Of a DNA stretch of 64,000 bases, positions 27,620 to 40,861 are shown in pieces. Within the stretch, counting starts at the first letter, position 1; each line of letters opens with the position of its first letter. The DNA is taken from positions 18,838,213-18,902,212 of the forward strand of contig OZ234493.1 in assembly GCA_965153455.1 (NCBI GenBank), given 5' to 3'. The translations under genes were made by a program, and so were the position numbers. The notes under the pieces were generated by a model. The model worked only from the letters and a program-made list of their open reading frames with translations, was not told where the DNA came from and searched no databases. This DNA comes from Sphagnum compactum (lineage: Eukaryota).

Positions 27620-28900
27620 AAAACTTGTGCTCTTACTGTGGAGAAAATTTTCACATGTCACCGCCTTGCAAAGCTTTGGCAAGAGGTTGTGAACCTCAAA
27701 AATGAAGTTGATAGAGAAGAAGCAGCTAGGCTGTTTGGTGAGGAGTTTCATACCCCAAGCCACATTTTTTTATGCATTGAAAATGCGGGTCATCTACAAG
27801 TGCAAAATGGACACACTAAACTGTCAATGGCTATTGCAAAATTGGCACACATTGTTCATATTCTAGTATGTCAAAATCTTTTTTATAAAACCTCAAGCAT
27901 TCCAAAGTTGTTAAACTAACATATTCCCCTTTTTGATATCACATCAATGTTGTTTGGTTGTTTCATGGGCTTGTTAATGGTGTTTATTGATTTCAATTTC
28001 TGAAAAGAAGATAACACTAATTGCTTATTATTAGAACCATCAATAGAGTATTATTTTGGGCAAGCATTGTAACCATGACTTGCAATAAAATAGTCCCATT
28101 GTGAATTGAGTACATTAGGTAGTGCATTCATCGAATAGTTAACATAGAGGCCTTCAAGGGCCAAAAACATCCACACTTGCCCACAATATTACTTGATTTT
28201 TTGACATTAAATTTGAATTATATGATTGTTGGTAGATGTTATATCAAATGGATCAAAAAGTTGGTCCATCAAGGATGAAGGTTGAAAATGGTGATGAAGA
28301 TATTTTTTTGGTGAAAATCAGAAAACTTCAACCAATGATTTTTTGGTGCAATAAAAGGTTGACAGATCTATTCCCACTTGTGATGATTTTCTTGCATCCA
28401 AAGGTCACATTCATAGAATGTTATTAACCTTTCTAATGGCCTCGAATCCCTTTGCTACAATGTAGAAGAAAGGTTTTTCCATGTCATACCTAGTCATTAT
28501 TAATGCAAAATTGAATTTGCTTATATGTTTTTAACTTGCAATGTTTGATTTGATTTTAAATTGATGATCATTATGTTGGATTTTAATTGATGATCTTATA
28601 TGTTGCATCTTAATTGATGATCATCCTGGTGATTTTCCATACACCAATGACATTTCATAATTGAATATATTTCTGGATTCTGGATAGCCTTGTTTTTCCT
28701 ATAAAAGACGTGATAAATATGTCACAATAAACTTTTTTACTTTAGATTCACAATACCTTTGCTTTCCAAGCAAAAGACTTGAGAAAATAGTAATAAAGGT
28801 TCCATCCTTTTTGGGTTGAAACGTGAAATTAACATGTGCATGATTGCATGACATAAAAGACTACATAAAATTTTAATAGGCTGCATGTCTAGGTTTCACT
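27620..28900 (-). mobile_element. Possible degenerate DDE transposase remnant (Sola-like?)
   Basis: Minus-strand peptide QWDYFIASHGYNAC (~28060-28100) resembles a WxFFxxxHGKxxCD motif; otherwise heavily decayed. Confidence 0.3.
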
Positions 28901-31900
28901 ATTACATCATGTGAAAGGGTTCAAAAATGATGAAAACTTGTCAAATATCAATAAAACAAAGAGCCCAACAAAGGGGGAGGAAAAGGTACAAGATGGAAGG
29001 ACACAAGTCCTAGCAAGCTAAAAATATTCCAAAGAGGGCAGATCGCAAGGGGAACGAAAAGAAATCAAGTACTTGAACCCTTCCCCCCCCCAATTGCGAA
29101 AAGCATATTAAATAAAGAGAGGCAAGGAACACTTGAAAAAATGCCTAGCTTAAACGAACCTTCACCTATAATAACAACACACCTCAAAATAAAGGTTGTC
29201 TATGCTCGCTACGATGCCACCGACACCTTCTACATGTAAAATGAAAGCAAAACTTTAATAACATAAAAATATGTTACTTTTAAGTCTCAAGGTTCCATTC
29301 CCCTTCCTAAGGTAGTCTCATTTTTCATACCTAGATTTTGTGAAAAGTTTTGCTAGTGCTTCTTCCACAATGATTGTTGATGAAAGACTATAACTCAAAT
29401 GTATTAATGTAGCCTATGTCATTGGCCTGAATGTGAATTGGTTACGCATTTCTTCCTTCCAAAACCATTTTTTTGTAATGTGGTTGAATTTTAAATAGAA
29501 AAAACTATTCAAAATTCAATATTTTTTGCAAATCCAAACACCTTCATTAAATCCTATGAATTGAAAGTTTTCTATCAATACCAAGAGTGGGCCCAAATTC
29601 CATTATAATTTGTTTCATTTAAATGAATATTCATGAAAATTTTGTTTTCAATGCCTTCTTCACTATAAGTTGAAACATTATGAAACCAACTTGATACACC
29701 CTTATTCATTGAAAACTTTCCAATGACACCAAGAGCATGGCAAGACACACCATGGTTTGGGATATTTCAATGTGAAAACAAATCAAATAAACTACCCTTT
29801 TTCATAGATAAATATCAGAGGTTTTTAAAGACTATAAGTGAAGAAAAAACTTAATAAAAAACACCATTCTAATATTTGATTTTATGTGTGTAATCAAAAA
29901 TATAAAAAGATGATTAAAGATTTGTAGTTCATATTTGGTTTCTAGCCAATTAAATTTGGCTAAATCTTCTTAGGGATGATAATTATTTTTATTACAAAAA
30001 AAAATTCTTTAAAAGGAACAATGACCATCACCTACATAATACATATTGGCACGTTCACTTTTTAGGGTGAAACCTTTTATTATAAAAACTCCACATACAC
30101 ATTATACACCAAATTTTAGATGAAATATAACCAATGCATGCATTATTGGGGCATTTGGGCCAATAAACTGGGTTTGATTTGGTAAATGATCACATGATTT
30201 AATAGTTGAAATGGGGGTGTTCATTGCTCCATGTGCAAGTGTTCAAAAAATATCACTAGTTTGTTGAAGCATACTCACATGCGACATTGGAGAGCTTGTC
30301 ATGATTTTTTGAGTTTATGCCAATTGGAATGAATGTGGTAAAAGTTCATGAAATATTACCCTACCATTCTTTTTTCTACCATGAATTGTTGTGCTTTGTT
30401 TTGGCAAGATGTTGGTCAAGTCTTGTAGAACCCTGGAGACAAATAGTGAAACATTTTTAATGTCAAAACTTCCTATTGTATTTCCAATGATGCTTCTTAC
30501 TTTCCCTACCAATACAATGATAACAAATGGAATGAATTTTCCTCAATATAGGACATAATATTGTTAGTCTAAAATCCACACTCTTTAAGTAGGATTGAGA
30601 AATGATTATAAAACTTAATTAAGCTCAATATGCAAGATTGGATTTCATAAAACAAAAATGGAGTTGTAACCCAAGAATCCAATTCCTAACACAAGATTGC
30701 ATGTCCTAATGAAGAATTGAGGATCCTAAATCATGGATCCAATTTTTTTTAAGAACTATTAGGTAGTAAATGTTCCTACAAATCAAGGACTCATATTCCC
30801 AATTCAAAAAGATTTTATTCATTTCCTTCCAAATTTTCCTATATTTTGGAAAATTATAAGGTCTTGTACTAAGACTTATTGAGGATTATTAATTCTTGCA
30901 ACCACACCTTGGTTCCTAAAAAAGCTAGTGGTTTGACACCTCTTGTGACAAAAATTATGAAGGTGCACTAATTGATCTTGACCACGTGTATGTAAGAAAT
31001 TCATTAAGGATGATATTTAACATGAAATTAAAACTCATTGAACTAGACTAATTCATGTGCATCAAGATTAAATACTAAGAAAGAACAATGGAAATTTGAT
31101 TCTTGAAAACCATAGATCTTGAAATAAAGCACACAAATGAATGCAAATAAATAATAGAAACATGTAAACAACAAAATGTATTCAAAAGTATGTTTCACAT
31201 GTTTGAAACGAAATGTTGGGTGTTTCCATTGGGAGTGATTGTACCATATCCACTTCCATTTTCATGCCCACCCTTCCTTGAACATCTTTGGAATCTAACT
31301 TTAAACCCCAAGTTGCACACCAATTTGTAATAAGGATGGCATCACAAAAAGGAACAACACAACTGGACAAAGTTGTGTGTATTCTCCTATACACCAAGGG
31401 TGATAGGTATGCTCGAAAGAGATTGTCAATAAATTATTACAACTAAATGACAATTCACAAAAATGACATGTGGGGTAGTTGCAAGATAGGGTGGCTCATT
31501 TTCTCATCACATTTTATTTTCTACATATTGTATTCTATTCAAACGTCATAAACATATGGTGAAACCATCAACTTGACAAAAACATTTAAAAATTAAAATT
31601 GCTAATTTGAATAAGAATATGCACAAAATGATGAAATTCAAAAAATATGCACCAAACATATAATGATGAGCTTTCATTATTGCAATTGTAGTAATTAATT
31701 TTGATTATTGTAAAAGTGTGAATATTTTGTAATGCTAATAATTGTTAACCATAAATAAATAATTTTAAGTTAGAAACACAATAAATTTACAATAATTACA
31801 TTCATTACTCTAATTACAGGATAATTATTGTAAAAAACTTAGATCCAATTTAATTATAATTTCTAACGTATAAGTAGTTTAAATATTATACAATTATTTA

Positions 31901-33889
31901 TTATAATATTATTAAGTAATTAAATAATATTTTAATATATTTTTACAATAATTAATTTGATTAAAATCAATTTACTATCATTTTATAATTTTGATCATTG
32001 TGTAAAAGTATTAAAATCTTAATGTAAAAATTATTATTGTAATAATAACTATTCAATTTCAATAAAATATTATAGGTTCTACATAGCAATAATTTATTAT
32101 AATTCAATTACTTTAATTACAATAAATATGCTAATTATCCACATTATAGTAAAATTACCATTAGATTTGAAAATGTTAATTAAAATTATCAATTATCAAT
32201 ATTATTACTAAGTGCAATTACATCTTATATTTTTCTTTGGTTAATTTTTACCATTTGTAAATTTCAATAATCAAATTTCCAAATTTTTATGTTGGCAGAC
32301 TAATTATTTATTGGAATAACTAATTAAAAATAATAGATATATTATTTGACAATAATGATGATAATGAAATTAATTAGTGTAAAAAGAATAAATATGAATT
32401 TTAATTTTAGACTTTAAGTTCTAAATAATTTGATTATTTATATTTTTTGGCAATTAATTTAATCACAATAATTCTATGATAATTATTGTACTTGTTTTTT
32501 ATACACCTATGGATGATTGATGTATTGTCATCTTTACATATACCCTAATATGAGGCTAATATATATTTTCAAACCATGCCTAATTAATCCATGAGAATAA
32601 TATATATATATGAATGTGGAGTACATAATGTATACATAAGGCTTATTATACATAATTGTTAATTACCATGACATAAAACACGACTTACCTTATACAAAAT
32701 TAGTAACATACATAACTTAATGTATAAATAAATATTAATTATCATGTTTTGATCACTTTTGTAACTAATGGGCCATACGAAGGCATTCTAAGAGGAAAAC
32801 AACATGAAAAATCATCTCATTGGAAGAATGAAAAACTTGTAAATAGTTGCAACATAATCATAAATGTGACCAAAAAATGTGTGATGTGATTTTCAGTAAC
32901 AAATGTAACCAATGTTAGTTGTAAACGACAATGAGTCGCATGTAATCACAAATCATTTGGTTACGTTTTAGTCTTTTTCTATTAGTGACAATGTTTCTAT
33001 TGATGAAAAGATCTTTCCTTTTCTTGGGCATCAAGCTATCCTTGTCCATATATATTTTCTCATGCATTGAAGTATAGAGAAAACTAATTTTATTATGTTA
33101 AATTTTTCTCAATGCCAAATATCTTTTAATAAAGAGCTGGGTGAAAGGTCACATCCTAATGTGAATAATGTTTTCTTGGAAGCTGGATCATTTTTGCCCA
33201 CCATCTATCGTAGAACCTAAGATTTGAATGTTTTTGACAAATCATCAAATAATTTGACAGTTTTCAAAATCTAGCTATTGGGGTTTTTCAAAAAGAAAGA
33301 ACATATTTTCATCATTATGACTTTGTTGGCCTTGACAACCTCAATAAATATTGGTTTTTTAAAACTAGAACCATGCATATATACCAATGTTTGTAGAACA
33401 TGGCATAATGGTTGTTGTCATGTTTACTAAATAGCATTTGCAATTGAGGTGTTGACATAAAATATGTAAGACTGCTCAAGATTCATTTTTTGCCTTTCAA
33501 CTTATAGTCATAGTTGAGAGATAGTCTTGCCGTGCATTCACAACGAACACATTAATCCCAATCTCAATGTCATCCATCCATGTGTGATCTATCAACCATC
33601 ACTATGTTTTGTAATTGACCAAAGTAGTTGAACATGGGACACATCACCCCGAGAGGCTTGACTATAGACTATGTAAATCTCTAAGTCAACATTTTAACTA
33701 GAATTCAATTGTAAACCATGGGGGTGTTAAGAATATTCCATGAGCTCCAAAATATTTGGGATTCACTTTCATTTGTCCACCAAAAGAATAGGCAGTTCAA
33801 TTTACTTGGAAATGGTCAATAATTTTTTAAAATATTCAAAAAATTACAATTGAAATGTAGTCAAAGATGACATCAAGTTGAAAGCGAGT

Positions 33890-35950
33890 TGGTTGAATAA
33901 AAAGGGTTTTCTACTAGTGATATAGTTGGCAATTGATGAAAGTAATTATCTCAAATTGAAACACCTTAACAAATTAAGTTCGTAGAATGCATTAAATTGG
34001 CGAATAAACATAAGTAATTCTTATAAGCCCATACAAATTAAGCTTTCACAACTAAAGCTTTTTGAGTGCATTTAGTTGGCCAACGTACATGTAAGTAATT
34101 CTTGCAAGTTGAAGCATTTACACAAATCAAGATTTTCAAGTGCACTCAATGATGAATAGATGAAACTAGTTATTTCAAATTGAAACACCTTGACAAATGA
34201 AACACTTTGAGTGCATTCAATTCACCCATAGATGAATGTATTTCTTTCACGATGCTTTCAAGTTGTAGAAGTCTTACAAATAAAAATTTAGAATGCATTC
34301 AATTGGCCAATAGATGAGGGTAGTTCTTCCAAGTTGCAACACTTTGACAAATAAAACTTTTGGAGCGCATTCAATTAGCCAATAAATGAAGATAGTTACA
34401 ACACCTTGACAAATTAAGCTCTTCAAGTGCAGTCAATTGGCCAATAGATGAAGGTAGTTCTTTCAACTTGGAACACCCTACCAAATAAAGCTTTTGGAGT
34501 GCATACAATTGGCCAATAGATGAAAGTAGTTCTTCCAAGTTGTAACACCCTACCAAATAAAATTGTTGGAGCGCATGCAATTGGCCAATAGATGAAGGTA
34601 GTTCTTTCAAATTGGAACACTATGACAAATAAAGCCCTTGGAGTGCATTCAATTGGCCAATAGATGAAGGTAGTTCTTTCAAGTTACAACACCATGACAA
34701 ATCAAATTTTCGGAGTGCATTCAATAGGCCAATAGATGAAGGTAGTTCTTTCAACTCAGAACACCTTTGCAAATCAAACTTTTGGAGTGCATTCAATTGG
34801 CCAACAGATGAAGGTAATTCTTTCAACTCGTAACACCCTTTCAAAACAAGCTCTTGGAGTGCATTCAATTGGCCAATAAATGAAGGTACTTCTTTCAACT
34901 CCGAATACCCCCACAAATCAAGCTTTTGGAGTGCATTCAATTGGCCAATAAATGAAGGTACTTCTTTCAACTCCGAACACCCCCACAAATCAAGCTTTTA
35001 GAGTGCACTCAATTGGCCAATAGATGAAGGTAGTTCTTTCAATTCACAACACCTATGCAAAACAAGCTCTTGGAGTGCATTCAATTGGCCAATAGATGAA
35101 GGTAGTTCTTTCAAGTTGCAACACCCCCACAAATCAAGCTTTTGGAATGCATTCAATTGGCCAATAAATGAAGGTAGTTTTTTCAATTCGAAACACCTAT
35201 GCAAAACAAGCTTTTGGAGTGCATTCAATTAGCCAATAGATGAAGGTAGTTCTTTCATGTTGTAACACCCCCACAAATCAAGCTTTTGGAGTGCATATAA
35301 TTGGCCAATAGATGAAGGTAGTTCTTTCAATTCACAACACCTACGCAAAACAAGCTCTTGGAGTGCATTCAATTGGCCAATAGATGAAGGTAGTTCTTTC
35401 AAGTTGCAACACCCTTGCAAATTAAACTCTTGGAGTGCATTCAATTGGCCAATAGATGAAGGTAGTTCCTCCAAGTTGCAACACCTACATAAATTAAGAT
35501 TGTGGAGTGCATTCAATTGGCCAATAGATGAAGGTAGTTCCTCCAAGTTGCAACACCCGCATAAATCAAGATTTTGGAGTGTATTCAATTGGCCAATAGA
35601 TGAAGGTAGTTCTTTCAAGTTGGAACACTCTCGCAAATTAAACTCTTGGAGTGCATTCAATTGGCCAATAGATGAAGGTAGTTCTTTCAAGTTGGAACAC
35701 TCTCGCAAATTAAACTCTTGGAGTGCATTCAATTGGCTAATAGATGAAGGTAGTTCTTTCAACTTGGAACACCCCGACAAATCAAGCTTTTGGAGTGCAT
35801 TCAATTGGCCAATAGATGAAGGTAGTTATTTCAAGTTGGAACACTCTCGCAAATTAAACTCTGGGAGTGCATTCAATTGGCCAATAGATGAAGGTAGTTC
35901 TTTCAACTTGGAACATCCTCGCAAATTAAACTTTCCGAATGCATTTAATT
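33890..35950 (-). pseudogene. Distal, out-of-frame continuation of the NLR LRR array (~28 further 72-bp units)
   Basis: Same 24-aa unit. Deletion/frameshift near 35955-35965; in-frame stops at about 35826, 35229, 34998 and 34620; progressive decay below ~34400. Confidence 0.9.
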
Positions 35951-37125
35951 GGCTTATATCTGAGCAAACTAAAGTCTGGGAGTGCATTTAATTGGTCAAT
36001 AGATGAAGGTAGTTCTTTCAAGTTGCACCCGCCCAAACTAAACTTTTGGAGTGCATTCAATTGGCCAATAGATGAAGGTAGTTCTTTCAACTTGAAACAC
36101 CCCGACAAATCAAGCTCTTGGAGTGCATTCAATTGGCCAATAGATGAAGGTAGTTCTTTCAACTTGGAACACCCCGACAAATCAAGCTCTTGGAGTGCAT
36201 TCAATTGGCCAATAGATGAAGGTAGTTCTTTCAAGTTGCAACACCCTTGCAAATTAAACTCTTGGAGTGCATTCAATTGGCCAATAGATGAAGGTAGTTC
36301 CTCCAAGTTGTAACACCTACATAAATTAAGATTGTGGAGTGCATTCAATTGGCCAATAGATGAAGGTAGTTCTTTCAAGTTGAAACACCCTCGCAAATCA
36401 AACTCTTGGAGTGCATTCAATTGGCCAATAGATGAAGGTAGTTCTTTCATGTTGTAACACCCCCACAAATCAAGGTTTTGGAGTGCATTCAATTGGCCAA
36501 TAGATGAAGGTAGTTCTTTCAAGTTACAACACCATGTCAAATAAAGCCCTTGGAGTGCATACAATTGGCCAATAGATGAAGGTAGTTCTTTCAAGTTGGA
36601 ACACTCTTGCAAATTAAACTCTTGGAGTGCATTCAATTGGCCAATAGATGAAGGTAGTTCTTTCAACTTGGAACACTGTCGCAAATTAAACTCTTGGAGT
36701 GCATTCAATTGGCCAATAGATGAAGGTAATTCTTTCAACTCGGAACACCCCGACAAATCAAGCTCTTGGAGTGCATTCAATTGGCCAATAGATGAAGGTA
36801 GTTCTTTCAAGTTGCAACACCCTTGCAAATTAAACTCTTGGAGTGCATTCAATTGGCCAATAGATGAAGGTAGTTCTTCCAAGTTGCAACACTTGCATAA
36901 ATCAAGATTTTGGAGTGCATTCAATTGGCCAATAGATGAAGGTAGTTCTTTCAAGTTGGAACACCCTCGCAAATTAAACTCTTGGAGTGCATTTAATTGG
37001 TCAATAGATGAAGGTAGTTTTTTTAAGTTGGAACACCCTTGCAAATCAAGCTCTTGGAGTGCATTCAATTGGCCAATAGATAAAGATATTTCTTCTAAAC
37101 TTTGGCATTGTGCCAAATCAAGTAC
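33890..37125. repeat. 72-bp tandem array encoding LRR units (LQxxxLxxCxxLKELPSSIGQLNA), about 44 units
   Basis: The core GGAGTGCATTCAATTGGCCAATAGATGAAGGTAGTTCTTTCAA recurs every 72 nt; count estimated from array length. Confidence 0.95.
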
Positions 37126-40100
37126 TTGTAATTGTAAATAAGAAAATAAATTATTTGGCAACTTTTGAATCATGCATTTTTTTAGGCACAACCACTTAAC
37201 ATTATTCAAATTTCGCCCTTGGATGCAATTTTCCACAATAGTTGGTGAAGCTTCTGTTAGGTCAACCAACCTAAGGTTGCGAAATCCCTTTGAGTCGATT
37301 TGGGACAATAGAGGCAAATTGAGACATTTTTTCAATGAAATGCCCTCTAAATTTTTCACCACCTATCACATGAAATGAAAGCAAAAAGGATTATCAATGT
37401 AAAAGAACATTTCTCGTAATGCCAAATTTTATTAGAAAAATATGTATTTATAAAATCAAAATTCAAAACTAAAACATTTGGTTTTGGACAAAAAAAATCA
37501 TAGGAAATTGAAATAAAATTATAGGATTGAAGTTGTATAATGACAACCTTATCCTTTTGTAAAAAATAATTTGATTGATGTGATTTCCATATAAATCGAT
37601 TCATAATTGGTGGTTCCATTGCAATATTCTGACCCATGTCTCGTAATTGTTCATGTATGTACAAGATTCCACCTTCTTTCCATTGGATTAAAGATCTGTC
37701 TTGTAAATTTTGTAAGTCAAACTTTGGGTATTCATAATTTCCCCTCCACGCTCGACAAATTGTACTTATTTTCAAACCACCAAAAAAACAAGCAATATCC
37801 AAAAACATGTCTTGAAGTTGCTTATCCAAATGGTCATAAGAAATCCTTAATACACTCCAAAGTTTTTCATTATCATTGCCCCCAGTGAGACTTTGCCCAC
37901 TTTTCAATTTGTTTAATGCACCTTCCCACATTTTTAATTTTTTAGTATTGCACAAAAAAGAACCCAATACTTTAAGACTTAAAGGGAGCCCCCCACAAGC
38001 TTTTATAATCTTCATACATATATCGTTGAAATCTTCTATTGGAACACGATTTCCATTACCCGATGCATGTAACATAAATAGTTCCCTTGCTTGTTTTTCC
38101 TCCAAAGGTTTCATGTCCACTTTTCCATCCTCACTTACATGAGATTCCAAACTTTGCCAATTTCGACAATTCACAAGTACTCTGCTTTTAGAAGTTGGAT
38201 TTTTTGTAGCCTTATCAATGAAAATTGGCAAAGATGTAAGGTTTTCCTCCTTACCAACATTATCCACCACCACCAACACTTTCTTTAATATCATACATTG
38301 CCTAATTTTGTCAAGGTCTTCTTTTTTCACATTTTCATCTTTGCATAACCTTTTGCCACACAAATCATGTAGGAGTTGTTTTATGACATCATTGATATTG
38401 TCCTTTGAATTCACATCCTCTAAAAAACTAGACTTATCATATTGGTTGTGGAACATATGATAGAATTTGTTGCTCAAAGTGGTCTTCCCAATCCCACCCA
38501 TTCCAACCAAACCAACAATAGATTCCTTTTGTAACAAGATGTTTATGTCTTTTGCTTTGTCAATCAATGCCACCTCATGACATGGCAAAGGTGGAAACAA
38601 TATATTTTTCTGTCAAAATTCACAAAATATAAGTCATTTATATGTTATACTTCTTATTTGATAACCAATATATATGACATTGCATATGTGATACACATCA
38701 AGTGTGCTATGACCTAATGTGTATCAAATTACATGAACATATATGAAATCAAAAGATTTAGATTTCGTGTTTTTACCTCCATACATATTTTCAAACATTT
38801 TAACAATAAATCGTAACTTGGATGATCTTTGTTTGGTGGCTTGCAAATTGTCAAGTGATTAGCATCTTCAATTTTGTAATGGTTTTTGTTTGACAATCGA
38901 ATAGCTGAGGCATATTTCACTAAAATTCCCTGCATGTGCAAAAAATTAAGTTAATGGAATTCATTGATTATTTTGTTCACTTATGTTTTAACTTATAAGT
39001 AACATAGTAATTCCAAGCAGTGGTGGGAACCAAGTTTAATAACTATTAATGTTTGAATCATAATCAATTTGTGTGTAAAATTAATTTCCTTCAACCCTTT
39101 GGCAAGCAAATTATATAAATACATCACAAAGTTATTGGTTTTTAATCTCATTAATCTTACATGTTTTAATGATGTTATGATTTTCCTTATAAATATTTAT
39201 ATGGAATTGATTTGATGAAGGGACCATTTAAAACCTATTTCTTGATGTTTGAAATCAATTGAATTTCCTTTCCATCAATAGTAATTCATGAAACAAATTT
39301 CATAAAACACATGACCCATTCACCACATTAATATATTCAGAAGTATTGAGTCCTTGATCCCAAACAAATTTTGACAATACAAAAAATGTTCAACTAATGA
39401 ACCAAGTTGGATAACTTTCAATATGGTGAAATGAGAATCTTACCCAATTCTCGTCAAGTGGTAATCCTTCACCAAATGCATAAATGTTGACGTCTTCGTG
39501 AATGGCATTTTTAAAATCCTCTGAAAGGTCTTCCATTTGTGGGTTGAAAGGTTCTAAATTTTTTGAAAAACCAAGTTGGGTTGCATACTTGTTCAACAAG
39601 TTGATTTGTTGATATTGCCAAATGAAATATTTTGATAAATATTGGGTACCACCAGAATGTGGCACACCATAAAATACTACACCTTTGACATTGTTCAAAA
39701 ATGTTTTACAACATTTATGTATTTCATCATCCAAACCATTTTTTGGCCGTTGATATACATGTTTATAAGCTTCAACCACCAAGCTTTTGAGTACAAGACC
39801 TCCAAAACTATAAGCAATTAATGCCACGGGTCCATCCCACAAGGATTGATAACTACAAAATATTCAACAATGCACCAAAATTTTGTTATCAACATTGTAT
39901 TAGCATATACAAATTTATCCTATTATACTTGGAACAATTTTCCAATTCACACATGACCTAAGCCATAAGTTCATAATCAATTTGCTCATCATTTGTCATT
40001 TTTCATTTATTGATTCCATTAATGTACTTAAAAAATGTGACAACCATGTTTTGGTAAAACTATTATTATGTACAAGTATGTAGGTGTTTACATTTTTGTG

Positions 40101-40861
40101 TTAATGTACAACTCATCTTCTATGTGTTACTTTGGAAATATCGTTGAAATAAATAATAATAATTAAAAAAAATATATACCCTTTTTTTGAAATTATTTTT
40201 TTGCAATGAAATGGATGCAAATTTCTACACGTATTAATTTAATTCAATTGCATTACCAAAAATAAAGCTTCAAAAGATGCGAACTAAAAATTGTCATCAA
40301 AACCAAACTAATTGTACTATGAACTTATAGGCTTTGCTTTTATCTTCAAACAAGAACATTTTTGTTTTAGCTCCATTTTATGTTCTCCTACATGAATTTA
40401 ACAATTCAAGTAAATTGAAACTTGTTGGTGTGTATCACAATACTAGCACACATGAACAATTAACTTATGCAAAACATTTAAATTTAAAGCTGTAAACAAT
40501 CATCTTTAATGTACACAAGGAGTAGTAATTAATGTGTCCATAAATAGAGGAGATTGTCACACCTTGAATTTGCAATCAAACTTTGAATGAGGTTTTTACC
40601 AATTTCAGTCACATCATTGTGAACACTTCCCACAATGTTAGAATCATAGGACAATGATAAAATTCGAACATTGTTGTTCAAGTCTTCGGGTAACCACTTT
40701 TCTGGCCAACATATGCACTCTTCTATATCGTTGGTGGGGCGTGTTGTCCATGTTTCCTTCCATTCATCATTCGTGCCAAAAGCAATCCCATGAAAAAAAA
40801 CGATGCTCAAATTTGGATTATTGGAATTGCAAGTGGGATTTAAATCATGCACTAGATAATT
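35926..40861 (-). CDS. Alpha/beta-hydrolase-NB-ARC-LRR (HNL-type) NLR; exons 40563-40861, 39444-39852, 38777-38929, 37548-38609, 35926-37362; first exon(s) unresolved; LRR truncated by frameshift
   Basis: Five GT-AG-bounded exons join in frame. Hydrolase motifs IVFFHG, WPEKWLP, RILSLSYD, AYSFGGL, FYGVPHSG, FGE, DANHLTICKP. NB-ARC motifs GMGGIGKTT, VLVVVDNV, CGGLPLSL, FLDIACFF, IHEQLRDMG. 16 complete homogeneous LRR units. Confidence 0.9.

Noticed and set aside
30315-30512. Possible Gypsy RT/RNase H remnant
   Set aside because: Only vague resemblance; no diagnostic motif or LTRs found.
31600-32750. Extremely AT-rich tract as an organellar insertion or origin
   Set aside because: No gene remnants; more simply the decayed interior of a non-autonomous transposon (TAGTG-like end near 32987).
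33890-37125. CRISPR-like pattern (constant ~43 nt plus variable ~29 nt)
   Set aside because: Units are in-frame LRR codons of a spliced eukaryotic gene, the variable parts are homologous to each other, and no cas genes are present.
35404-37141. Plus-strand repetitive ORFs (WSAFNWPIDEGSS...)
   Set aside because: Antisense shadows of the 72-bp LRR array; no independent evidence of coding.
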